Of a stretch of DNA of 64,000 nt, positions 17,353 to 25,068 are shown piece after piece; position 1 is the first letter of the stretch, and each line of letters begins with the position of its first letter. This stretch comes from a virus. The stretch lies in IMG/VR virus record IMGVR_UViG_3300011008_000186. The stretch is one strand, 5' to 3'. Both the position numbers and the translations under genes were made by a program. The notes beneath the pieces were generated by a model. That model was not told the DNA's origin and did no database searches. It saw only the letters and a program-made list of their open reading frames with translations.

Positions 17353-17860
17353 CTAAATAATATTGCATCTGATACCAAATTTCGATTCGTCTCATATCAA
17401 CGTTTCGCGATTTGATTGTAAATAATCCACCTCGACCATTGGCGTCATATTCACGATTTAAAAATCTGGATAAGATAAAATCGACATAATCGTCATTGAA
17501 ATTATCATTAGTCATATCTAACAGTTCCATACTGTCAATCATTTTCCAAAACCATTCGGAAGCTCGATTGCCTATATCCGGATCACTCATAATGTCAATT
17601 TCAATTCGATTAGCTAAAGCCACCATCATTTCGAGAACGCTACACGGCTTTTGTTCTAAATACTCCGGCCAAGTCAACAGTTCCATTTCACGCAGATAAT
17701 CTTTTCGCAAGTCGATTCCATCTTTTATCCGATTCACATCTAACAGAATTTTATATGTGAATTCCGTAGAATATAAAGTTTCTAATAACCTTGAATATTT
17801 ACGAATACTGGAGTTATCGCAAACCAGATTAGTTAACCAAATATAATATTCGTCGTGCAT
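17342..17860 (-). CDS. hypothetical protein
   Basis: 172-aa ORF. Confidence 0.6.
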   Translation of the reverse strand: MHDEYYIWLTNLVCDNSSIRKYSRLLETLYSTEFTYKILLDVNRIKDGIDLRKDYLREMELLTWPEYLEQKPCSVLEMMVALANRIEIDIMSDPDIGNRASEWFWKMIDSMELLDMTNDNFNDDYVDFILSRFLNREYDANGRGGLFTIKSRNVDMRRIEIWYQMQYYLDEI

Positions 17861-18483
17861 TATTCTCCATACGAATCCAGATCAAAGACAATCTTGTAAT
17901 CGGTTTCATACAGATCATTTCTCATGTACAGAATTTCCTGTCCATCTTCGAGATATGAAGCAAAATCAAGGCCGACGAATCGATCAATATCATTAGGGCT
18001 GAGCATTTCATCGTCTTCTGTAAAAAGATGAATCATATCATTGCAGCCCAGCTCAACACATGAATAATCTTCAATTGCTCCATAATCCGATTCGGATATA
18101 GGTCTCGGCAGCTGGCTGAATGAATTCTCAACTACTTCTTCGTCGTCAGGATCCAAATGTGTATATCCCTCCGGAAGATTATCGGTCGGATATTCTTCTT
18201 CGGCAGATGCAGGATCCACTGTCTTCGTATAGTCAACTTTGTTCGTTGAATAGTTTTCATAATATTCTGCCAGAGGCGTCTTATCATCAATGACGTTCGG
18301 TTTTTCTTCTTCCACGCCATTCGAATAGGTTGGTTCGTCTACGCCTAAATACTCGTGCAGCTGCTTTACTTCTTCTGTTAATCTGGATTCAAAATATAAT
18401 TTTTTAGCAAGAACATAACCGGCTGCGACTCCAGCACCCAGTCCGGTTATTCCACTAATTGCTATTAACGCATTTTTGTTCAT
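17860..18483 (-). CDS. membrane-anchored acidic protein
   Basis: 207 aa. N-terminal TM segment (ALIAISGITGLGAGVAAGYVLA). Confidence 0.6.
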   Translation of the reverse strand: MNKNALIAISGITGLGAGVAAGYVLAKKLYFESRLTEEVKQLHEYLGVDEPTYSNGVEEEKPNVIDDKTPLAEYYENYSTNKVDYTKTVDPASAEEEYPTDNLPEGYTHLDPDDEEVVENSFSQLPRPISESDYGAIEDYSCVELGCNDMIHLFTEDDEMLSPNDIDRFVGLDFASYLEDGQEILYMRNDLYETDYKIVFDLDSYGE

Positions 18484-18499
18484 AATTAGATCTCCTTAT

Positions 18500-18570
18500 T
18501 TAAATATAGCCATGGATAATCAAACATATCCTGATTTAAAATATAGCCATGGATAATCAAACATATCCTG
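18500..18570. repeat. tandem 35/36-bp direct repeat upstream of 17860..18483
   Basis: tttaaa(a)tatagccatggataatcaaacatatcctg occurs twice back to back. It contains CCATGG and lies 17 nt upstream of the SD. Confidence 0.7.
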
Positions 18571-18598
18571 TTCAGTTCCGCTCCCGAACCCGGCGATA

Positions 18599-19513
18599 TC
18601 AGGGCAACAATTGCCAAATTGGATGCTTGTCACAATTTAATCTAATCCAAATCCAAGGATCTTTTCCCTTTAAGAAATTGGACCATGATTCCGAGTCACG
18701 CATAAGATCGAAACTAACATGATTTTCAAGATTTGGATCGCTTGTATCATAAATCCAACCATATTTTTGTCCGTATTCAGTGCATTTAACTCTGAGCTTT
18801 TTACGAACATCATTCTGGAAGAGGATTTTGTCAGCTTTCAAATCTCTGTCACAGTCTTTTTCTATTGCCTGAAGCATGCTCAAAATAGATCCCGGATCTT
18901 CATCGTGCATCCAAAATGGATGCTTGCCTTTCTCGATTAAAATCGTATTAGTAATGTCAATCAGATCATTTTTAGGTTTGCGAATTGTAGTTGCGTTGCC
19001 GTCATTATCAACGTCAATATATTCTTCTACCTTATCGCCATCCCGAAGATCGTAATATGCTTCTTCTCCGTACTTTTCTTTGAATTTCTTTACAAATTCA
19101 TCGAACGTTGCAGAAAGCGCAGCATATGCGGATGTAGCAACTGCCAATCGGCCATCGACAATCTTCTTTGCAGAAAGCATGCTAATAATTGACGCCGCCT
19201 GAAGACCAACTGCTGGGGCGAATAAAATGGCTATCTTTCCAAGGTATCTTGCATAAATACGGGTCATTTCACGACCCATATCCCCGGGGTTATCCGAATA
19301 TCTTTCCTGACAATCGATAATCTCTGCTTTGAAGTCTTCAATGATCGGAGGAAGTTTCATGCCACCTCTGATCGCAAATGCCATACTACCGATACCAGTA
19401 GCAATCGATACGCCAGTTAATATCTCTGGCGATTTCTGTTGAACTTTTAACAGAAATTTGTTTTTGGGTACTACTAGATTGTTCAAAATATAATTCTCCT
19501 TTCTATCATTCAT
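18599..19513 (-). CDS. two-TM membrane protein, paralogue family member 1
   Basis: 304 aa. SPEILTGVSIATGIGSMAFAI plus a second TM segment. Similar N-terminal architecture to 20867..21640 and 22086..22757. Confidence 0.6.
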   Translation of the reverse strand: MNDRKENYILNNLVVPKNKFLLKVQQKSPEILTGVSIATGIGSMAFAIRGGMKLPPIIEDFKAEIIDCQERYSDNPGDMGREMTRIYARYLGKIAILFAPAVGLQAASIISMLSAKKIVDGRLAVATSAYAALSATFDEFVKKFKEKYGEEAYYDLRDGDKVEEYIDVDNDGNATTIRKPKNDLIDITNTILIEKGKHPFWMHDEDPGSILSMLQAIEKDCDRDLKADKILFQNDVRKKLRVKCTEYGQKYGWIYDTSDPNLENHVSFDLMRDSESWSNFLKGKDPWIWIRLNCDKHPIWQLLP

Positions 19514-20114
19514 CTAACGGAACAGCTTTGGGTAAATCCAAATACCATTTTCCTCCGGACGAAACAACTCGCGCCTCGTCTTCCGCAAGACTATACCAAC
19601 CATATCTTGCATCGGCCGGACTTCCAACAGGCTTTCCGTTTTCATCCATAGTTTCGGCAAGATCATACATATCTCGTACAGAACATACTTTGTATCTGTT
19701 TATTGCGGCTCGCATATTCATTAACACTTTTTCTGCTTTGCCCATCGAGGTAAATTCGACATCTGCATAATCATATACGGATGTATACTTTTTGTTCAGA
19801 CGAGACGATGAAGAAAGCTGGCTTTGGGTCGACGGCTTCTTATAATATCTTTCATAAGATACCGAATCTTCCCGGCTTCTCGATCTGGATACACCAGACG
19901 AATTACCCCAAAGCAAAGCGTGTGTTCCTTTACTTATAGTGTCATCGAGAAGATTTTTGACAGCTGGTATTAAAATATCTTTTACGATATAGTTTCCAAC
20001 CGACGCCAAACTTTCAGGAAAAAATGTTTTAACTGCACTCCTGGTCGAGTTTCTTTTTACAAGATACGTTTGATCTACTACTGGCTCTAAACGTTTTTCT
20101 TTTTCGTCGGCCAT
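19506..20114 (-). CDS. hypothetical protein
   Basis: 202-aa ORF. Confidence 0.6.
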   Translation of the reverse strand: MADEKEKRLEPVVDQTYLVKRNSTRSAVKTFFPESLASVGNYIVKDILIPAVKNLLDDTISKGTHALLWGNSSGVSRSRSREDSVSYERYYKKPSTQSQLSSSSRLNKKYTSVYDYADVEFTSMGKAEKVLMNMRAAINRYKVCSVRDMYDLAETMDENGKPVGSPADARYGWYSLAEDEARVVSSGGKWYLDLPKAVPLDE

Positions 20115-20315
20115 TTAGTAACTCCTTTCTATTTTTCCAGGTAACTCAATTTTAGTTTTCTGGATTTGATTATTGGATTTCTTAAATTGATACATAAAAT
20201 TCGATTTTGCTTTCTTTTCGGAAGGAGCCATTGTTTCTGCCTTCCAGTTGTAAGCCAATATCTTTCCAAACTGAGTCACCGGACCTGTATAACTATACTT
20301 GTACATTCGATCCAT
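20115..20315 (-). CDS. hypothetical basic protein
   Basis: 66 aa. GGAGG ATTATATTT ATG start context. Confidence 0.55.
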   Translation of the reverse strand: MDRMYKYSYTGPVTQFGKILAYNWKAETMAPSEKKAKSNFMYQFKKSNNQIQKTKIELPGKIERSY

Positions 20316-20346
20316 AAATATAATCCTCCTTCCTAATAAAAAAGCT

Positions 20347-20388
20347 GAAAAAAAAAGAAGAGGGCTCTAAAAAGAGCCGCTCCTCTTA
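20347..20388 (-). terminator. intrinsic terminator
   Basis: Minus strand: AAGAGGAGCGGCTC TTTTT AGAGCCCTCTTC followed by T9. Confidence 0.7.
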
Positions 20389-20418
20389 ATTGCTGAAACT
20401 AATTCTTAATTATTAGAA

Positions 20419-20760
20419 TTATTCTTCTTCGTCATCGGTTACATCATCAACAGAATTGATGATCTTATTGAGTTCTGCTTTTCTGTTGAGAATATCTCGG
20501 TAATCCTTCTCAAGACGTTTCTCTTTCTTCTCAAGCCGCTTATAAGCTCTTCTTGCTTTCTTGTCCTCTGGCGTGAGTTTGTTCACAAGTGTTATCACGC
20601 CATATGCAAGTGCAGGAATAGCTGCTGCTGCTCCGAGACCGCCTACGAGAATACTCTTGGTGTCAGGATGCCACTTTGTTGCTTCATCAACAGGAACCTC
20701 AATCTTTGATTCCATCATCTCTGCATTTACGATTTCTTCGTTAACCATGTTACTTTCCAT
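20419..20760 (-). CDS. single-TM protein with basic coiled-coil tail
   Basis: 113 aa. TM segment ILVGGLGAAAAIPALAYGVITLV. Confidence 0.6.
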   Translation of the reverse strand: MESNMVNEEIVNAEMMESKIEVPVDEATKWHPDTKSILVGGLGAAAAIPALAYGVITLVNKLTPEDKKARRAYKRLEKKEKRLEKDYRDILNRKAELNKIINSVDDVTDDEEE

Positions 20761-20813
20761 TTTTAATTCCTCCTAAAATATAATTAATTTAAATTAGTTT
20801 TGAAGATTGATTA

Positions 20814-20844
20814 TCTTCATATAAGCATATTAATTTTTCGCGAA
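20814..20844 (-). promoter_or_regulatory. TTCGCGAA-box promoter-like motif (copy 1 of 10)
   Basis: Minus strand: TTCGCGAAAAATTAATATGCTTATATGAAGA, 54 nt upstream of the ATG at 20760. Confidence 0.5.
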
Positions 20845-20866
20845 GCATTCTTTTTAATTTAAAATA

Positions 20867-21640
20867 TCAACCATACCGATGCACATAATCAGCATGGAAA
20901 TCCACTCCGATCTCAACTACAATCGCAGCTTCGCCAGTTGCAGGACAAGAAACAGTATAATGTTCAATATCTAACGAGAGATTCTTAAGATCACCCTCAT
21001 CGAGTCCCAATTCCCATCCTATGCGACAATAATCAAGATCAAGAAAGTTTCTCCAATCATTTAATGCAGCATTACCGTTTGCTATTTCATCTTTTAATCT
21101 CGTGAAAGCTTCGGCCACCGCGGCGTGACTGGACCTAAAGAATTTATCACTTTGAGGTTCGTAGAATAGAATCTCTCCATGATTTGTCGTAGCTATATCG
21201 GATACATCGTAATGATCTTTATTGTCCTCAACAATTTCTTTACGAACTTGATCCTCTATAACTTTTGTTGCTTCCTCGCCAATTTGTTTCTTTGTTTCTT
21301 CCAAAAGTTTTTCTTTACTGGCTTCGGCCAAAGCAAGGCCTGCCTGAAGCGTATTAACACGTTTCTCTTGGTCGACATCCGAAACTACTATTGCCGACGT
21401 GGAAGCAATCGCTACGGAGAAGGGAACTACATAGTACTTCCATCCGATTTTAATAATTTGTTTTGGAGTAAGTTTATCAACCCCAAGACGTTCTTTTTCG
21501 GCATCTACTGCTCTCGTAGCTTTAACTGTTCTGCATACAGCCCAGACAGAAGCTCCCCACATGCCGGCAACACCAACGCCGGTTAATATTTTGCTTCGGT
21601 TTTGAGCCATAAACTTAGAAAAGTTACTGCTTGCTTTCAT
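20867..21640 (-). CDS. two-TM membrane protein, paralogue family member 2
   Basis: 257 aa. SKILTGVGVAGMWGASVWAV plus a second TM segment. Confidence 0.6.
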   Translation of the reverse strand: MKASSNFSKFMAQNRSKILTGVGVAGMWGASVWAVCRTVKATRAVDAEKERLGVDKLTPKQIIKIGWKYYVVPFSVAIASTSAIVVSDVDQEKRVNTLQAGLALAEASKEKLLEETKKQIGEEATKVIEDQVRKEIVEDNKDHYDVSDIATTNHGEILFYEPQSDKFFRSSHAAVAEAFTRLKDEIANGNAALNDWRNFLDLDYCRIGWELGLDEGDLKNLSLDIEHYTVSCPATGEAAIVVEIGVDFHADYVHRYG

Positions 21641-21642
21641 TG

Positions 21643-21825
21643 TTACTCCTTCCCTTCGGTGGTAACAGGTTCGTTTTTGTCTTTCTTGGGCAGAAGCTTA
21701 ATATCACAGATTCGCTTTGTCGGATCTATTACTGACGCTCCGATTGTTGCAAATCCGGCTATTGCGCCAAGTGATACAGATAGAATCTGTAGCCCTACTC
21801 CAATAGGCATGTTTTTGATTGACAT
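21643..21825 (-). CDS. small membrane protein
   Basis: 60 aa with a hydrophobic N-terminal half. Confidence 0.5.
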   Translation of the reverse strand: MSIKNMPIGVGLQILSVSLGAIAGFATIGASVIDPTKRICDIKLLPKKDKNEPVTTEGKE

Positions 21826-21857
21826 AGTTACAAATCTCCTTTCAATTAAAAATATAT

Positions 21858-21893
21858 AAAAAAGAAAAGAGGAGACTTTTTTAAATCTCCTCT
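21858..21893 (-). terminator. intrinsic terminator
   Basis: Minus strand: AGAGGAGA TTTAAAAAAG TCTCCTCT followed by TTTTCTTTTTT. Confidence 0.7.
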
Positions 21894-21901
21894 AATCTTA
21901 A

Positions 21902-22021
21902 TTAACCTTTTCTTCCAAATCGCTTGGAAGGATTTACACAAAAGGTACCAATAATAGTTACAATACTGCCCGCACATGTTAATACTGCTCCTGCAATTAA
22001 AACTAATACTACTACTAACAT
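21902..22021 (-). CDS. 39-aa hydrophobic peptide
   Basis: Below the ORF-track cutoff. GGAGG 8 nt before the ATG. Sequence MLVVVLVLIAGAVLTCAGSIVTIIGTFCVNPSKRFGRKG. Has a promoter-like motif upstream and a terminator downstream. Confidence 0.45.
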   Translation of the reverse strand: MLVVVLVLIAGAVLTCAGSIVTIIGTFCVNPSKRFGRKG

Positions 22022-22053
22022 TTTATTAATCCTCCTATTTTGTGAAAGTTTAT

Positions 22054-22084
22054 TCTTATCATAATAGAGGACTAAAATTTCGCG
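22054..22084 (-). promoter_or_regulatory. TTCGCGAA-box promoter-like motif (copy 2)
   Basis: Minus strand: CGCGAAATTTTAGTCCTCTATTATGATAAGA. Confidence 0.5.
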
Positions 22085-22085
22085 G

Positions 22086-22757
22086 CTAATGACAATCCTG
22101 GTAATCCGGTCTCGGCGGCTCCGGATAAGTTAAAATATAATAATACGATCCATCATCTCGAACCACCTTTTGATGCTGAAAGTCTATCCATTTACAAAAT
22201 TCTTTGTCCCAGCAATATACATCTCCTAATGCATTTCTTGGACGATCCTGCTGCAAAGATAAATAAAAATAAAAATCATTAAGATAAACTTTGTCGGACA
22301 ATGCGAATATCCGGTTGATGTCATACTCCGCAGCAAATAAATCCATCAATCGAATCTGAAACCAGCCGGCATTTTCTTCTTCGGATTCTCTTCTAAAATC
22401 TTCAAATATCCATACAAGGTCATCGAGATCTTCATCTATTATGATTTCCTGACGTTCGATCATTTCCTTTAAACCGGATGCAGCAAGTAAACCACCACCA
22501 GCCAAGGTCGACAGTAATGCAGCTTTTTGTTTTCTGTTTAGTACATCAGAAAATATAATAGACGCACCCGTAACACCAAACGATATAGATGTCGGTATGT
22601 AATGTTTCAGAATTTGCTTTTTAGGTTTGCCCGATTCGATATCTGTAAATGCCTTAAGAGTATCATGAATCGCCAAAGCAGTAGTTGTTGCTAAACCCGC
22701 CATGCTGGTTACGGTTAATATCGTCGACAATTTATTATTCATGGTCGTCGTCCTCAT
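22086..22757 (-). CDS. two-TM membrane protein, paralogue family member 3
   Basis: 223 aa. LSTILTVTSMAGLATTTALAI plus a second TM segment. Confidence 0.6.
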   Translation of the reverse strand: MRTTTMNNKLSTILTVTSMAGLATTTALAIHDTLKAFTDIESGKPKKQILKHYIPTSISFGVTGASIIFSDVLNRKQKAALLSTLAGGGLLAASGLKEMIERQEIIIDEDLDDLVWIFEDFRRESEEENAGWFQIRLMDLFAAEYDINRIFALSDKVYLNDFYFYLSLQQDRPRNALGDVYCWDKEFCKWIDFQHQKVVRDDGSYYYILTYPEPPRPDYQDCH

Positions 22758-23220
22758 TAATAGGCGGAGTCATTTTAGTAGAAAAATCTCCTTCCATTGC
22801 GCATATAAAAGCCATATTACATGCAGCATGTTTATAATGCGGAATGCCTGATTCTGAATCGACTCCTGCTGGATCATCAATATACGCAAGAAGATGACGA
22901 AGCAAAGCATCCACGTATCGTTTCTTTTCTACAGTCTTCCAATTGTCTGGATCACCATATTTTTTATTACCATACATTCTGACCTCAGCAATATCACGAA
23001 TGATCTGTGTTGGAACCAAGCTGATCTGAAGCTTTCCTTCATCCGCTTTCGCTGTCTGATTATCCAGAGACAATGACTTTTTAAAATAGTTTTCATATGA
23101 TACCGGTTCGGTTGCTAATACATCATCAAATAAGCAATGATCGGCACCTTCCGCCATGTTACGATAATTGAAACTTGATTGCGGATGCCTTTCGTTACCA
23201 AATATAATCTTTTGAGTCAC
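22735..23220 (-). CDS. dATP/dGTP pyrophosphohydrolase-like (DUF5664-type) protein with a chimeric 5' end
   Basis: The C-terminal 100 aa (LQISLVPTQIIRDIAEVRMYGNKKYGDPDNWK...LLRHLLAY...ESGIPHYKHAACNMAFI) match that family as I recall it. The first 33 codons are a copy of polymerase codons (TQKIIFGNERHPQSSFNYRNMAEGADHCLFDD). The start codon is uncertain (GTG). Confidence 0.5.
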   Translation of the reverse strand: MTQKIIFGNERHPQSSFNYRNMAEGADHCLFDDVLATEPVSYENYFKKSLSLDNQTAKADEGKLQISLVPTQIIRDIAEVRMYGNKKYGDPDNWKTVEKKRYVDALLRHLLAYIDDPAGVDSESGIPHYKHAACNMAFICAMEGDFSTKMTPPINEDDDHE

Positions 23221-23257
23221 GAGCTAAGAAATCGCCTTGAGTATGTTTAAATACTGC
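23107..23257. repeat. permuted copy of a 126-nt internal segment of the polymerase gene (14024..14149)
   Basis: 98-nt identical block (23122..23219 = 14024..14121). The 15-nt block that follows in pol (14135..14149) precedes it here (23107..23121). The 13-nt block 14122..14134 reappears at 23245..23257 after a 25-nt insert. Confidence 0.85.
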
Positions 23258-23587
23258 TTTGCGACATATCGGCGGTATTCCGTATGTAGAATTTAATGCA
23301 TTTATCGGCATGCGTTTTTGCAATTTTAAACTATTTTTGTAATCATTATCTTTTATTGCGGGTACCGCTCGGCCATCCAAATATTTAATAATAAAATCAC
23401 CGATATTAACTGAGTGAATTTGAGGCAAAGCAATAGAGTTAATATCTGGCGAAGATTCATAAAATAAGATCGATACACTAAAATCTTCAAGATGCATATG
23501 AGTTCTAATAAAGCGATCACCTAAAAATTTTTTAACGGAATCCAAATTCTGTCCGGTGTATTCGATTACCTTCAACTTATTATCCAT
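23195..23587 (-). CDS. hypothetical protein (3' end runs into the duplicated polymerase fragment)
   Basis: 130-aa ORF with GGAGG upstream. The C-terminal AVFKHTQ echoes polymerase AVFKLTQ. Confidence 0.55.
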   Translation of the reverse strand: MDNKLKVIEYTGQNLDSVKKFLGDRFIRTHMHLEDFSVSILFYESSPDINSIALPQIHSVNIGDFIIKYLDGRAVPAIKDNDYKNSLKLQKRMPINALNSTYGIPPICRKAVFKHTQGDFLARDSKDYIW

Positions 23588-23611
23588 TTTTCTAATTCCT
23601 CCTAAATATAA

Positions 23612-23800
23612 TTAAGCTTTGGGCTTACCTACTATACCTTCGTCCCATGCTTTCCAAGCCTCTTTCGGCGTTTCATATCCATACGAAGTTCGTTTTCGGC
23701 AGTTTGGACAGCTGATCCAATAAACATCCATACTTCTTTCATCAGCAGAAGTTTTATGATACTCATTTACTTTCGGAACTTTTCCGCAGCACTTTCGCAT
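23612..23800 (-). CDS. small zinc-ribbon protein, Lar-like C-terminus
   Basis: 62 aa. CPNCRK ... EAWKAWDEG. AAAGGAGA lies before the ATG. Confidence 0.5.
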   Translation of the reverse strand: MRKCCGKVPKVNEYHKTSADERSMDVYWISCPNCRKRTSYGYETPKEAWKAWDEGIVGKPKA

Positions 23801-23960
23801 CCGAATCTCCTTTCTTCCAGTGAACCGGTTTATGTGAATTAGTATTCACCGGCTCGTCGAGGCAGTCATCGCATGGGCTGTCTTCTTCTGCTTTGCCGTA
23901 GAATCTGCAAGTAGGACAATAAACATCAAAAAACACTTCCTTGAGTTCGTTTACTTCCAT
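23763..23960 (-). CDS. zinc-ribbon protein
   Basis: 65 aa with CPTCRF ... CDDC. Confidence 0.55.
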   Translation of the reverse strand: MEVNELKEVFFDVYCPTCRFYGKAEEDSPCDDCLDEPVNTNSHKPVHWKKGDSDAKVLRKSSESK

Positions 23961-23962
23961 TA

Positions 23963-24583
23963 TTAATTCTCCTTTTTTCGTATATCGATACGACCGTAGT
24001 CATAAATATCAATAGCAACTTCAAAATCCGCATGTGGCGAATTCAATACAACTTCGTCTATCTGTGTATCGAATATCGGACTATTCGAAAAATTCTCCGT
24101 GAACTTACTAACATTTTCAGCAAATGCCTCTGCGTCTTCTTTCCTTCTGAAGAAATAATAATCTTCAAACGGATCGCCATCATCATATGGGTTATCAGAC
24201 AGTACCGTGCATCGATAAGTTGTAATATCGCATCCATAAAGTGATTGTAAGCGGTTTACATCTTTTGAAGTGTGGCCATCCCAATGCTTAGCTGTTTCGA
24301 GTTCCTGGCATGTAAACTTATACCAATGCTTAAGTTCATAATGATAAGTATATGATCCTCTTGGCGTATCGATCCCGACTATAAAGTATTCACCATTAAA
24401 ACATGGACTTCCATCTTCATGTCTTTTGCTTTTCCAAGATCGCTCAGGATAAGCATCAACTAAAGCTATTGTTAAATATAATCTCTGCTCATAAAGATCG
24501 TTGAATGTATGATAACCATCGGACAACTCTCCGATTCCACCCTCTGGTATTTTTGTTAATAAATCTCTAGCTAACTCTGCCAT
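23963..24583 (-). CDS. hypothetical protein
   Basis: 206-aa ORF with GGAGG upstream. Confidence 0.6.
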   Translation of the reverse strand: MAELARDLLTKIPEGGIGELSDGYHTFNDLYEQRLYLTIALVDAYPERSWKSKRHEDGSPCFNGEYFIVGIDTPRGSYTYHYELKHWYKFTCQELETAKHWDGHTSKDVNRLQSLYGCDITTYRCTVLSDNPYDDGDPFEDYYFFRRKEDAEAFAENVSKFTENFSNSPIFDTQIDEVVLNSPHADFEVAIDIYDYGRIDIRKKEN

Positions 24584-24614
24584 TTTAATTACCTCCTATT
24601 TTTAGACAATAAAA

Positions 24615-24643
24615 AGGAGCGGTTTAAAGTCTCGCTCCAAGAC
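24615..24643 (-). terminator. conserved hairpin element, divergent copy
   Basis: Minus strand: GTCTTGGAGCGAGACTTTAAACCGCTCCTTTTT. The stem GGAGCG/CGCTCC covaries with GAGCA/TGCTC of the other five copies. Confidence 0.5.
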
Positions 24644-24670
24644 TGTTTTAGTGGTTTAAAATATAATTAA

Positions 24671-25006
24671 TTATTCATCGAATGCCGGACAACTCGCTTT
24701 ACATTCTGGATAAGGTCCACCACAATTAGCGCATCCCCATGGGATATCACTAGTGTCTTCATATTCCCAATCGTCTTCGTCCATAGTATATCCGCAATTA
24801 AAGCATTTAAATTCTCGTTCCAAATTGCTGTATCTCATCTCAATACCGCATTCGGGGCAATTTGGACAAAAGCCGGAATAATCAGGAATATCATGATAAC
24901 CTTCGTCATCATCATCGGGACCATATCCGTGAAGTCGATCGTGCGCATATGAGCTTTCCGGATGATCGCCAGAACCAGAAAATATATTACCTAAAAACTT
25001 GAACAT
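24671..25006 (-). CDS. multi-zinc-ribbon protein
   Basis: 111 aa with CPNCPECG, CFNCG and CANCG ... CKASC. Confidence 0.6.
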   Translation of the reverse strand: MFKFLGNIFSGSGDHPESSYAHDRLHGYGPDDDDEGYHDIPDYSGFCPNCPECGIEMRYSNLEREFKCFNCGYTMDEDDWEYEDTSDIPWGCANCGGPYPECKASCPAFDE

Positions 25007-25068
25007 TGTGCAACCTCCTCTTAATTTGTAAGGAGATTATACAATGTTTCAACAAGTTTTACTATATT

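Noticed and set aside
14024-23257. Polymerase-fragment duplication as a diversity-generating retroelement template/variable repeat pair.
   Set aside because: The 98-nt block is identical (no adenine-specific mismatches), no reverse transcriptase is present, and the copy is permuted. It fits a recombination scar better.
25010-25068. Plus-strand SD plus ATG (aaggagattatacaATG) giving a 22-codon ORF antisense to the end of 25069..26055.
   Set aside because: It is very short and overlaps the stop region of a well-supported gene. The SD-like string is the reverse complement of the leftward promoter/UTR region of 24671..25006.
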